Source: Macrostomum hystrix (taxonomy: Eukaryota > Animalia > Platyhelminthes). From it: a DNA stretch of 64,000 nt. The stretch spans positions 25,234,001 through 25,298,000 of the forward strand of contig CATNEN010000038.1 in assembly GCA_950097015.1 (NCBI GenBank). The letters are read 5' to 3'. Both the position numbers and the translations under genes were made by a program. Under the pieces are notes generated by a model that saw nothing but the letters and a program-made list of their open reading frames with translations, was not told where the DNA came from and searched no databases. Position 1 is the stretch's first letter, and the number at the start of each line of letters is the position of its first letter. Of the stretch, positions 1 through 13,900 are shown one piece after another.

Positions 1-405
1 CTTGTGTGGTAAATTCATATTTTAAGTTTTTAGAAAAGTTGTCGATTTTCATTACAATACGGTTGCCATTCGTATTTAAATTTTGATACCGAAAAATTGC
101 TTTGAAATTCTCTTTGTGAATTCTGAAGCTATCAATGCCTCAGTATCTTCAATACTATCGCGATATTTATTTCAATAGGCTGTGTCAATTTTTCTAAAGC
201 CTATAGAATTTGGAAGTATAATACAATGTCGATACATAGAAATGTCTCAGTGCTTGCAAACAAACAAAATTAAGCAGTGCCAGATAAAATATGTATAGAA
301 AATTCAAATGCGGGTTCATATTTTAGAATTATGCGCCAACAGCTTAAAGAGGACAAATGACTTTGGGGAGCCTTCTTTCGCCTTCATCAACTGTCTAAAA
401 TGAGC

Positions 406-2108
<1,703 letters not shown>

Positions 2109-3404
2109 AGTGGCCAATTAAATGGACAGTGGGATGTGTCATAAATGAAATCTAGTTTCAACAGAGCGAGTGGGTGAATGATGAGGCAGAGCAAGAGAAA
2201 AAATAATCCATCCTGCTAGCTATAGCGGTGTGACAGCTCAATCGGTTCTTCATCTACCTGGGGCGCCCCCCCCCCGTTTTCATGCCCACTTTACGGCTGT
2301 CGCAGTAGACCTCACAGCAATATACTTCAGTAGCTCTAGACCCTAGACGATTCCGTCAAGGTAGAAAAATTCCTAGAGTCATGAATATTACATAGACCCT
2401 GTCTCCCCCCATTTTTACCCTTATTTAATTCTCCCGGACTCCACCCTATCGCTGGTCCGCAGTGGGGCATCGGTACAGGACTCCCCCCCGTGTCTGCATC
2501 CAGTTAAAAGCCTGCGCTTAAGATCCCCACTATATCCTTACTCTCCCTGAACTGTCTAAAGAGATGGAGCTCAGGCTCTAGTGACCAATTTCATTGTGAA
2601 TTATATACCCCCCTGTCCTGCACAGTTGCTATAATCTAAGATTTGTCTTTTACTATCTAAATGATAGCTATACCGTTGTCATGCGACCTGATTTAGCATG
2701 ATAGCTGAGTGTAACAAGCCAGCCTTGACTTGCCTGATTGCACTAACAACGGTGTCTGCTAGATGAATCTGCGTAGGTCATCATGTGAGTTCAATTGTGT
2801 CCGTGATATGTCAGTGGCCTATTTTGTGATTTCCTGTCATTTAGTAACAATTCATGCTAACACAATCTAGTTCGATTGGTGCCAGGTAAAATTCATAACT
2901 TCAATATTATGCTTTGTTATAAAAACATTTTTATAAAATGATAATTATATTTAATAAATAATCACATTCAATGCATCGCAAAAAATTACTAAATAGAATA
3001 TAGTGTATCATCAAGCCCAATGATTATCGATGATCATAGAGAAGTCCATTTTGAAAATTGAATCTAAGTTCTTGCTGTAATCCGAACTAAAATATGAAAA
3101 CGAATTACTCGCAGAAAGTAAAATATAGTCCTCTTGATATCGATGTTTAATGCACTGCAACTTAATTGCTAGTCGAAAAGCCTATTTAATACCGGCCTAA
3201 AACGAGTCCTTGTCATTATATTCGCATCTCTCCATTAAGAGTGTCGATTCAACTTTCGTGTTTATCTCAGCTGCAGACAAAAATTGACATGATAAAAGTG
3301 CATTTCTTAAAAGTACTTCGCGAGTCTAGTTGAGACTAAAACGATACAGCTAAATTTAAATTGATTTCTTGCTAAAAATGTTTGATTTCATATTTTCAAT
3401 TTAG

Positions 3405-3749
3405 GTCGATCTGCTCCTGGATACGCGAGGCCTTTGTAAACTTTTGGAAGTTAACGGCTGTATCAGGCGGTGCAGCAGAAACTGAAGCAACAACTGCTGT
3501 GGAACCATATTTCGAATTGTCAGCTACCGCAAAACAGCCAGACAACAGAATCGGTAGCGGATGCGGCGTCAACAGCAGCGGCGAAGGCGCTGGCTATCAA
3601 TTTATCCGGACGAAATTTCCGTTCTTCGACAAGTCAAATCCCACCGCCGCAACCACTAGCGGCGCAGACGAGGGCGCCACTTGCTGTCAGTTCTATGGCA
3701 GACTGAGGCACTGCGACTCCAGAAGTAGCTTTGGCGGGCCGTTGTACCG
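3405..3749 (+). CDS. Possible isolated coding exon, unknown product
   Basis: GC-richer island between a tttag acceptor and a gtgagt donor, open in the frame of ORF 3382..3753; no family recognised and no partner exons found. Confidence 0.3.
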
Positions 3750-3827
3750 GTGAGTTACAATTTTTTTAAACTTCTTTAGTTATATAATTTTAAGTACTGT
3801 TATAATCATAAGCTACATATTTACTAG

Positions 3828-3910
3828 GGGCAGTAGCCTAGTGATTAGAGGTCGGGGGCTCGATTCTAGACTTCGCTGGAACAATGTGTCCTTTGGCAAC
3901 GCAATTAACC
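3828..3910 (+). mobile_element. Degenerate tRNA-derived SINE (family B) head
   Basis: ggggcagtagcctagtgattagaggtcgggggctcgattctagact...ggaacaa resembles the copies at 13426 and 45165-45450. Confidence 0.6.
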
Positions 3911-5825
3911 ATGTTTTGTTAATAGTTAATCAACTGTTATGGATTAATTATTTCTTATATATTAGCATTGGCCAGTTGGCATAAATGTGTCATCAAATCA
4001 TGCATACAAATTCTTGGCCATGGAACCAAAGTCGATCTATAAGTCATAAATTTCCATGTGGAATCGTGTGTTTGCTTTGCTTACAAGACAAAAGTAAATC
4101 AATATACCCATATCCCATATAGTTCTACATATTTTATACAGCATGGTGACTTAGGCTCTCTTAGCTGTTACTGCCAAATATGCTACGAGTATTCGGCACC
4201 AAGAAAACGTCCAGGAGTGTTTCACGACTGTCATGACAGTGAACACATGGTAAAACAATGTTTGAAGTCTTATAACTTGCTTTTACCCAAATTTCTGACA
4301 ACTAAAATAATTTGCCCGGAATCGAAACGAAGCTGAAGGATTAGAAGGGTATGTAATTACTTTGAGTTGAGGTGGGGCTAATTAATAGTAGGCCTTCAGG
4401 CCTGCCCAAGTCACGGCCGCTATTTTAGATGCTGGCCTGTTCAGGCTTTGAAGAGTAACGAGAGAAAGCTAGTAACTAAAGGGGAGCAAGGTGATTTCTT
4501 CTGCCTTGAAGAAAATTAGCTCCTTTGAGCAGCTTATGCTACAGCCCTTTGAGCCAAGGGTGTAGCAGCATAGCTCTATAGATTGTGGGCAAAAGCTAAA
4601 AGGCTGCAGGTATCTCGTTACTTATCCTTCATTCTCTTTTCCTATCTGCAGTCATTCCCACGCCACAGCAGCTATTAGTTTTAAAATGTCAGAGAGCGAA
4701 TAGGAAATCTTGTGTTCTCTTACTCGCCTCAGCCCGTGCAGCGTGAACTGCTGCTAGAATTTATAGAGTAAATGCAGCAAAGCGTGTTTCCATGACAAAT
4801 AGATGATTAACGCTACAGGCTCTGGATGTAAATCCTATAGATTAGTCGATTCCAGGCATTGAATAACATTTTATGCACTGAGTAGGTCTGTTAGAACAAG
4901 AGCCGAGAATACAAAGCACAGTCGGGGATTATCTAATGGGACAAGGGATCAGTATATAAGCCATGTAGTTATCCACGCGTGTCATCCTATAGTGTTAATT
5001 GAATTTTTCCCATGTTTTAGCCCAGTTTAATCAAGCAACAACACACTACAATTTAGTTCCCCTGCGGATAGTGTATTTGGAATGTAATAATAAGAACTAT
5101 TGAATCTCGTGTATTCCTTTTTTATCTGGGAAATGTAATTTACATTTATAGTACAAACGATCGAATAACAAGTACAACATACAATTGCTGCTACAAATCT
5201 GAGCATACGATTGAGCAGTCGACAGCTCAATAATAATAAGAATCCAATTCTGAAGCTCACAGTTATGGAGAAATTAAAAATAGACATTTCACGGGGCTGT
5301 TTAGCGAGGTGTAAAAATTAAGCTTTCATTCAGAAGCACATGTCATCGCGACAGGAACTAAGGTCAAGCCCAAGAGGTTCTTCTTGTGTTTGTTAAAGAA
5401 ATGGCTTGAAATGTTAGTGTTTTTTGCACAGAAATCTAATTAATACTGTTCTTTGTACTTGTGTTACAAGCTAGATTCTGAAAGCCATATTTATAGCTGA
5501 ATAAATTCAGCCAGCAATGAATTGAAATAAATGTATGACAAATACTTGTTTGAGCTATTAGAATATGATGATTCACAATATTCTAATTAACAAGTTTATT
5601 AGAAAAATAGGCAAACAAATTTTTGGGCTTAACATTGCACTCTAAGTAAAATTTACCAGAGCTAAATAGTTTAAATCGAATGCATAAACATCTGTTCAAT
5701 ATGCAACAATGGAAGATAAATGTAAATTTGATAAAAAAACTATGTTAGTGACATTAAATTTAAAGAATAATATATACTAATGTACAATAATATACACGCC
5801 CTATTTATTACAACTTAATAAATAA

Positions 5826-6178
5826 TTGAAGGAGGGCTGCGGGCAATGGCACATCATTTGGTGACACTAGACCCGCAGCCAGCGAGGAGGCAATTCTGCC
5901 CATTTCGCTGACTCCTGGGCACACTCGCACACAGATACTGTACGCAGGCACACGCTCACACAGGCGTGAACATCTGCCCTGACCTTCTCATCGTCAGGCA
6001 GTGTACACTTCACTGTGCCTTGGAGGTTGGCCCTCAAGGGCGTAAATTGCACGACAAGCCCCCAAGCCTTCTCTCTGTGGCTGCGCCCCAAATAAATGTG
6101 GCCTCGCCGTGGAATCGAACTTAGGGACCGTGTTGCGAGAGGCGAACGTGAGGATAACTGCTCTGCCACTGACGCCCC
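5826..6178 (-). mobile_element. tRNA-derived SINE (family A), full length
   Basis: Minus-strand head with A-box-like TGGCAGAGCAGTT and B-box GTTCGATTCC, ~350-bp body shared with 8608, 12743 and 19375, AT-rich tail. Confidence 0.85.
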
Positions 6179-6378
6179 TTATTACTTCTTACTTATTTGC
6201 TACTTTGCTACTGAGACTTTGCATCGCACTCTTAGTAGATTAATGAATTCTGCTTGCTTATCCCATAGTGTAGTCCAGTACATGGACAAAATAAAAGTAC
6301 ACGTCGTATCAGGCGCGGCTGCGCCACTTTTGGCCGCACATTTAGGTAGGTGTAATTTCCAATTGTTTATGATTAGTT

Positions 6379-7932
6379 CTATCGGTTGACGCTGCCCACC
6401 GGGTCGGCAGTTGAGTTATGCTCTTCGTCCGTCAAAGAAGGAGCCTCAGTGCCAGACTGGTCAACTGGCCAGAAGATATTTAGGCCCAGGACGAGACTGG
6501 TGAGCGCCAGAGCGATGGCCGTAACGCCGGCATTGAGAACATACACAAATCCGGGCATCCAAGACAGCGAGTTTTTGTACAACAGAGTGAATGCAATGCT
6601 GCCCACCAGGTTGCCGAGGACCTCCAGCACTCCGACGCAGCTGAACAGAGCTCCCTGCCTGTCCGGCGGCGACGCCTGCGACATGCTGGCCCTGAACATG
6701 GGAATTGCCAGCATCGAGAACATTGAGACTGCAGCCGCTACAAACAGCATGGCAACACTATGGGCCAGTCCGGTCACCAGCGAGCCAATGGCAGCCGATA
6801 GTAGGCCAATAACAATGAGACCGATTGTTGAAACACCCAGAAGCTTTCGCAGCACTAGCAGGCCGAATGTGGCGCCAATCTGATAGCCGACAATTTTTGC
6901 GGCACTCAGGTAGCCAATGAATACAGAGTCGAGGCAGAACGGGTAGTTCATCTGGTAGAGCGAGCTGACGGTGGATGTGCCCATGAAGCAGACGCAGAAG
7001 ACACACAAAGAGGATAGCAGCAGGCCAAGACGAACTGACAGACGCGAGTTGACGGTGAATAGGCCCATGATGTTAGAGAATGGCAATGCTAGGAGGCTGC
7101 CACGGCTGCTGCGTTTAAGCCTCACCTCAGGTACCAAAAACACGATGTATAGAACATTGCAGAGGGCTACAGATGAACTGAAAATCAGCGGTACGGTATA
7201 GCCCATTGTTTTGATCCACCAGCCCATGATCAGCTCCATGACGGTGCCAGCCAAGCCGAACATCGCCTCCACCAAGGCCACACGAATCGGTCGCCACTTA
7301 CGCGAGGTTGTGTCGGCCAGGTAAGAGAAAACAGACGCGAACATTGTGCCAAAGCCGCCTCCAAGTGAACTGATTGCGCCAGTAAAGACTATGCTTATCA
7401 GAGGCAAATCTAGCAGCACCACAAGAAGTAATCCGACACAGTCCAGGGCCATCCCAACGGTTGGTATCAGCATAGACGGCTTGCGGCCAAAGTAATCAGA
7501 TGTTGAAGTGTACAATGGCAGTACCAGAAGAGCTATCAAGCTCTGCACAATGCTGCGATAGAGAGTCCACGAACTAGCCTCGTCCTGGATTTGGCTAGTG
7601 ATTTTGTGCTCGCTAGAATTCAACTGGGAGGTGGCGTCGCACACGAAGGCTCTGGAGGAGCTGCTGTTACCAGAGCTGACATTGTACAGCAGGCCAACAC
7701 GGTAATATATGTACTGAGACAACACGGAACTCTGGCTCAAAATGCTGACACAGAACAACAGCACAATGGGCTCAACGATCCATTTACGCTTGGGCAGAAT
7801 AATGCTAGGATCCAGGCCAAGGCTATCGTCCGTGTCAGCATTGACAGCCTTGTCGTCATGGCTGCAAACCCCGCGCAGCAGCGGATCACTTTCGTGCTGG
7901 TCCTCTCCATCAGCAGGCAAACTCGGCGGCAT
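6379..7932 (-). CDS. SLC46/PCFT-like MFS transporter, single coding exon
   Basis: About 12 hydrophobic segments; N-terminal VEPIVLLF, SDYFGRK MFS motif, SYLADT, RASMSQ...QGALF typical of SLC46. First ATG at 7932 (the ORF track starts at a TTG). Confidence 0.88.
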   Translation of the reverse strand: MPPSLPADGEDQHESDPLLRGVCSHDDKAVNADTDDSLGLDPSIILPKRKWIVEPIVLLFCVSILSQSSVLSQYIYYRVGLLYNVSSGNSSSSRAFVCDATSQLNSSEHKITSQIQDEASSWTLYRSIVQSLIALLVLPLYTSTSDYFGRKPSMLIPTVGMALDCVGLLLVVLLDLPLISIVFTGAISSLGGGFGTMFASVFSYLADTTSRKWRPIRVALVEAMFGLAGTVMELIMGWWIKTMGYTVPLIFSSSVALCNVLYIVFLVPEVRLKRSSRGSLLALPFSNIMGLFTVNSRLSVRLGLLLSSLCVFCVCFMGTSTVSSLYQMNYPFCLDSVFIGYLSAAKIVGYQIGATFGLLVLRKLLGVSTIGLIVIGLLSAAIGSLVTGLAHSVAMLFVAAAVSMFSMLAIPMFRASMSQASPPDRQGALFSCVGVLEVLGNLVGSIAFTLLYKNSLSWMPGFVYVLNAGVTAIALALTSLVLGLNIFWPVDQSGTEAPSLTDEEHNSTADPVGSVNR

Positions 7933-8607
7933 GTCGATGCACTTTAACAAATATTAATTTAGAGAGCCTTTTGGTCGAACAAAGTGTACCGAAAGCGAAA
8001 TCAAACCCCGCGTTAGGTCCAAGTGAGGCCTATTAAGGCAAAACATAACTGCAAACCTGCAAGGAAAAGCGACCTTAGTATAAATTATAGACCCTGGGGT
8101 GAGTCAGTCTATAAAAAACTTAGATAAAGACCTGCTGATAGATAACAGACTTGGGTGAGCTCAGTGCAAGTGCAACCCTTGCCCTCATAATGTTATTTTC
8201 TTTGCCGACTGTTTAAGGCCTTCGAGTACACTCTAATATTCTAGTTATCCAACTTACAGATGTCAAACGAAAAACCCAACACGAGTGCATATGCATTTAT
8301 TGATATTTTAGTACAAGAGGCATGTGTCGTTAAATAAGAGGCTCGAAAAAAGAAAATAGGATTGAAGACATCACAAACAAAGCCGGCGCGACCGAATGGC
8401 ATGGACAAAGAGAATAGCTAAAAATAGAGAGAGCAAAGCCAAGAGATCAAAGAGTGTCGCTTTCAAGTTCGACACAATTAGCATATGCGACGGAACATAT
8501 CCAAGAAAAAGTTGAGATGTCTATACTCAAGTTTGGACACGGTCGCATAGAAAGGCCATGCGGCCATCAGATGAGTTCTTCAGAGATTTTTGTCGAATAT
8601 TGTCGGA

Positions 8608-8975
8608 GGGGTTGAGTGGCAGAGCAGTCTAACGCGTTTGCCTCTCGCACCAAGGTCACTAAGCTCGATTATGCGGCGAGGTCACATTCATTTAAGGCTC
8701 AGCCGCGGAGAGAAGGTTTGGGGGCTTGTCGTGCAATTGACGCCCTTGAGTGCCAATCTCCGAGGCCAGTGAAAGTGTACACTGCCTGACGATGAGAAAT
8801 TCAAGGCAGATGTACACACCTATGGGAGCGTGTGCCTGCGTACAGTATCTGTGTGCGTGTGTGCTCAGGAGTCAGCGGAATGGGCAGAATTGCCTCCTCT
8901 CCCTGGCTGCGGGTCTAGTGCCATTGCGTACAGCCCTCCTGCAACTGTTATGATTACTATACTTATTATTATTAT
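8608..8975 (+). mobile_element. tRNA-derived SINE (family A)
   Basis: Reverse-complement copy of 5826-6178 with an (att)n tail. Confidence 0.85.
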
Positions 8976-9128
8976 TGTCATATATTAAGAAGTTTCCTTT
9001 GGAAAAGTTTCGGAATGATGCCCAGAACTGAATAATGGGACTAACTTCTTTGATAACTTGTTTTACTGCAAACAATGTGAGTTCTTGCAGCCTGTTAACA
9101 CCATATAAAACTATCCATTCAATTGCAG

Positions 9129-9597
9129 ATACGTGAGCAGCCTCTCACTGGAGCTACAGGCTGCGATATCGGCTCCAATAGCCGACGACGCCGCTCATCA
9201 CATTCATCGCAGCGGAGACTGCGGCAGCTCCTGGCAGGAGCGCGACATTGTGGCCACGCAACTGAGGGACAAGCTGGCTAGTAGAGACCTGACCGGAGCT
9301 GCCAGATACTGCCGACTACTGCTCACACTCGAGCCCTACAATGACGAAGCCAGTCGTCTATTGGAGACACTGGAGACAGTCGACAGAGAATCACCCCTGT
9401 TATACTGCCAAGACGATTTAGTTCACGTTGGCTACTGCTCAGACGAAATGGACTCGGACAATACCAGCTCCGAGACTCAGTTCCGTTACTTTCATCACGA
9501 TCAGCACGGCCTAAACGAGGACGAAAGGCGAAGTCGTCGGACCACATCTGAGAGTGACGCTTTCCTTGATGCCTCATCATCCTCAGAATCTTATTAA
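9129..9597 (+). CDS. Terminal coding exon, ERICH2-like (helical motif plus acidic tail)
   Basis: ttgcag acceptor at 9128; A..YCRLLLTLEPYNDEA resembles, from recall, the ERICH2 core (A..LC.MILIYEPEN.EA); D/E/S-rich tail; AATAAA at the stop. Start exon not found. Confidence 0.5.
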
Positions 9598-9719
9598 ATA
9601 AATGACTTTGCAATCAGTTTAAAAGTGGTCGACAGTCTGTTTTAGTACGTGCTTGCTTAAGAAGGGGCGAGTTTCTACTGTCTAAATTCTAAGTATGTGT
9701 GGCTCAATGTTTAACAGAT

Positions 9720-10098
9720 ACATAATACAGTGTCTGACTGTCTAATAGATACCTAATACAGTGTCTGACTGTCTAATAGATACCTAATACAGTGACTGAC
9801 TGTCTAATAGATACCTAATACAGTGACTGACTGTCTAATAGATACCTAATACAGTGACTGACTGTCTAATAGATACCTAATACAGTGTCTGACTGTCTAA
9901 TAGATACCTAATACAGTGTCTGACTGTCTAATAGATACCTAATACAGTGTCTGACTGTCTAATAGATACCTAATACAGTGTCTGACTGTCTAATAGATAC
10001 CTAATACAGTGACTGATTGTCTAATAGATACCTAATACAGTGACTGACTCTCTAATAGATACCTAATACAGTGTCTGACTGTCTAATAGATACCTAAT
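9720..10098. repeat. 31-bp minisatellite (CTAATACAGTGTCTGACTGTCTAATAGATAC)
   Basis: About 12 tandem units. Confidence 0.95.
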
Positions 10099-10574
10099 AT
10101 GATTAAATATATACACAGTTTCATATTTTCCATAATTGATACATACAAAAAATGTATAAAAAACATTACATGCGAACACATTTTTCCAAATTAAATATCT
10201 GAAAAATAGTTTCGATTTATACTACTTCTAGTAATTCATATGTTAAATGGATGCCTTTGTGAATAAAATAACATGGTGAAACAATTAAACGATTGCTCCT
10301 CAGTGATAGTTTGTCAGAGAATTTTGAAATTATTGTACAAAATGTAGAGTATTGGACAGGATCAAACAGCCAGTATATGAGACAGAAGCAATTTCAGATG
10401 AAGACAACAAAGAAATCAACATGTCTTTGAATTGAAAGCTGAAACACAATAGAAATAGTTTGCTCTGGAAACAGACTCACAGAGCAGATCAATAATCCTG
10501 GATATATGAGTCACTTCATACAAATGTAACTGGTTAAGTCTGTCACGCAAAAAAAACGATAATATTAGATACAA

Positions 10575-10956
10575 CAGATCAGATCATGTCTGACTGAACA
10601 GGTCAGGTCATAATGTCAGGTCAGATCAAGATGTCAGTTCAGATTAAGATGTCCGTTCAGATCATGATGTCAGTTCAGATTATGATGTCCGTTCAGATCA
10701 TGATGTCAGTTCAGATCATGATGTCAGGTCAGATCAAGATGTCAGTTCAGATCATGATGTCAGTTCAGATCAAGATGTCAGTTCAGATTATGATGTCAGG
10801 TCAGATCATGATGTCAGGTCAGATCATGATGTCAGTTCAGATCAAGATGTCAGATCAGATCAAGATGTCAGATCAGATCATGATGTCAGTTCAGATCATG
10901 ATGTCAGGTCAATCAAGATGTCAGGTCAGATGTCAGATAAAAATTGTCAGGTCTGG
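10575..10956. repeat. 18-bp minisatellite (ATGATGTCAGTTCAGATC) directly after the WHAMM/JMY stop
   Basis: Tandem units; explains the spurious MMSVQI ORF. Confidence 0.9.
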
Positions 10957-13900
10957 TCAGTCAGTGAATCCGGATCCGTTGTCGCTGTCGCCTTCAGAAT
11001 TGTCGTCATCGTCATGAGCTGCAGCGAATCGAATGGCATTCAGTTTGTTGCTGATTTCACCCATCAAGTCTAGCCTAGTAGGCCGCTGACCGCCAACTCC
11101 TTTGTTGCCGCCGCTGGCCCCGGAGCTGTCGCCGGAGCCAGACGATTTGGAAGGCGTCACTCGTCGAAGCGTTACACCGCGTCTGATCATGGCAAACATG
11201 TCTTCAGTTGGCACCCTTGTAGAAGCTGATGAAGGCATCTGCAGACTCTGCGGCTGCTGTTGAAGCTGACGATGCGACATTATATTGGACGAAGGTGGCG
11301 GCGGAGGAGGGGGCGGCGGCGGCGGCGGCGGTGGCGGAGGCGGCGGAGGAGGGGGCGGTGGCGGAGCCGATGGCGGAGGCGGCGGTGGAGGCGGGGGCGG
11401 CGGAAGCGGTCCGTCCTCGTCAGCATTTTCTTGCCGTCTTCTCTGCTGCTGTCTTCTGGGACATGTCGAATCAACCGGAGTTGCGGATGTCTCGTCGGCG
11501 TCGTCCACTGTTGGCGTTTCCATCACCGGTGGTAGACCGCGGCGTTCTCTGGCTGCATCGCGTTGCTTCTGAGTTTAATAAAAATAAAGCAGAAGTTAGT
11601 GGACTGTGTAAAATTGACGAGCCTAAACGGACTTTGTTAATAGTAACGGACAAATGTGAGTTAAGAGACTGACAAAAAAGTAAAAAATTAACGGAATAAG
11701 CGAAATGAAAATATATAATGTAAAATTAACGGCTTAAGTAAATTAAATGTTATTTTATTACAAATTTTATTACAAACAAATAAAATTATATGTAATATAA
11801 AAATGTATTACGAAAAAGTAACAGACTAGTTAAAAGTAACGTATTAAGCGAATGTAGCAGATAATGCGAAAGCAACGGACTTAGTATAATAATAAAAGTA
11901 TTACGTAAAAGTAACGGACTAGTTGAAAGTAATACATTACGCGAAAGTAACAGATAACGCGAAAGTAACGGACTTCGTGATTAAAGATGTATTTCGTAAA
12001 AGTAACGGACTATCTGAAAGTAACGTTTTACGCGAAAGTAACGGATTACGAAAGCAGATTAACTAAAGCAAAACTGACCGCACGGTACTGCCTTAACCGC
12101 TCGGCAGTTTTTCTGCGCTCCTCCTCTCGCCTCTCCCTCGCTCGGTCCTCGGCGGCCTCCTCTGCCACTTGTTTTGCGCGGGCTTCGCGCGCCTCCTCCG
12201 TGGCGCGGGCGGCGGCGAATCGGCGCTCTTTGAATCGTTGAGCGGCGCCCCGAACCGAGGCCTTGCGAGACCGCAGCGCAGCCAGATCCGAGTCCAGGCG
12301 CTTCAACTGGTCGGATTTGACGCCGACGCCGGAGCGGAGAGCAGCCGCGGCCAGGCTCGGAGTGTCCGGCATCAGACGCAACGAGTGAAGATCCTCCGCG
12401 GTGTCAAAGAACTCTTCGCCCTCGGCGTCGTCAAGGGTGCGACAACGGTCCAGCTCCTGACTGCGCCGAAGGTTCAACAGGCGCTCTTCGCTATCCAGAG
12501 CCTTCAGTCGGGCGTCGAATACCTGCAAAGCCGTGGGTATTGTGAAAGTAACGTAACTCAGAGAAAATAACGGACTACGTAAAGTTAACGGACTATGTAG
12601 AATTAACTGGGAAATTTTAATTAACGGACTATCTAGCGGGAAATTTAATGAATGAAACTGTTAAATTATAAAAGCGTGTACGAAGCTTTAAGAAGCGTTT
12701 CAAAAACACGAAGTTTAAACAAGCCGATATTTCGAAGTGTGGCCGTAGGCAATGGCACATCATTTTGTGACACTAGACCTTCAGTTTGCGAGGAGGCAAT
12801 TCTGCCCATTTCTCTGACTCTTGAGCACACACGCACACAGATACTGTACGCAGGCATACGCTCACACAGGTGTAAATCTGCCCTGAATTTTTCTATGCCT
12901 TGGAGGTTGGCCCTCAAGGGCGTAAATTGCACAACAAGCCCCCAAGCCTTCTCTGCGCGGCTGCGCCCCAAATAAATGTGGCCTCGCCGTGGAATCGAAC
13001 TCAGGGACCGTGGTGCGAGAGGCAAACGCGATAACCGCTCTGCCACCGACACCCCCTGTAGGGGTTTTCAAAGATGTGAAAATTTCAGGTTTGTGCCAGT
13101 GTACATTATCATGAATCATCGGTTACTCACTTTCAACTGCAGTCGATGCACAATGAGTTCCAATCTGTCTGATTCAGCTCTAACCTCTTCAACAGTGAGC
13201 TGAGAAGCAGCCAGCGAAAGCATTTCCTGCTTACGCAGCTTCACTTTGTTCTCCAATTTGCACACGTTGGCCCTCAGACGCTGAGTCTCCTCAGACAGGT
13301 GGCAACGCTGAAGATATTGCCGACGATCGCCAACATACTGTATGCTCGCCTGGGCGCTTTTGCCGTACTCTCTGAAATGAGAATTGATGCACTTTTATAT
13401 ACTCACTGATTGTAGTCTAGACAGTGGGGGATTTTAGCCTAGTGGTTAGAGTGTCGGACTTAAGAATTAAAGGTCGCTGGTTCGATTCTAGACTCCACCG
13501 GAACCATTTGCGTCATTTAGGAAGACACTTAACGTGGGCGAAGCGTCCCCCCAGTCCACGATTGTAGCCAGGTATAATTAAAAAAGTCACTGTGCTTTGA
13601 GCTTTGACCCTCATTAGTTCTAAATTGCACGACAAGCCCCCAAGCGTTCTCTCCGCGGCTGCGCCCCCAAAAAAATACGGCTTCGTCCAAATAAACTCGC
13701 TGAGGTTAAGTCAAAGCATAACAAAGAACAGAAAGTGAAAAATTTAACTCACTTGCAAGCCACATCCATTCTTTGCAAAGCCGCATTGTACATATCAGCC
13801 AATTGAGCATAGTAATCACAATATAGTTCAATAATACTCTCATTACTATTTTCAAAGCTTTCAATCCAATCAGTGATCTCAACGCCAACCGAGCCGGCGT

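Noticed and set aside
4528-4578. Short imperfect hairpin (pre-miRNA-like)
   Set aside because: Too short and bulged, with no supporting context.
10613-11017. ATGATG/CTGA motifs as snoRNA boxes, and the MMSVQI ORF
   Set aside because: Simple 18-bp tandem repeat with no guide or intron context.
11229-11672. Gly/Arg/Ala-rich plus-strand ORFs
   Set aside because: Antisense shadows of the WHAMM polyproline exon.
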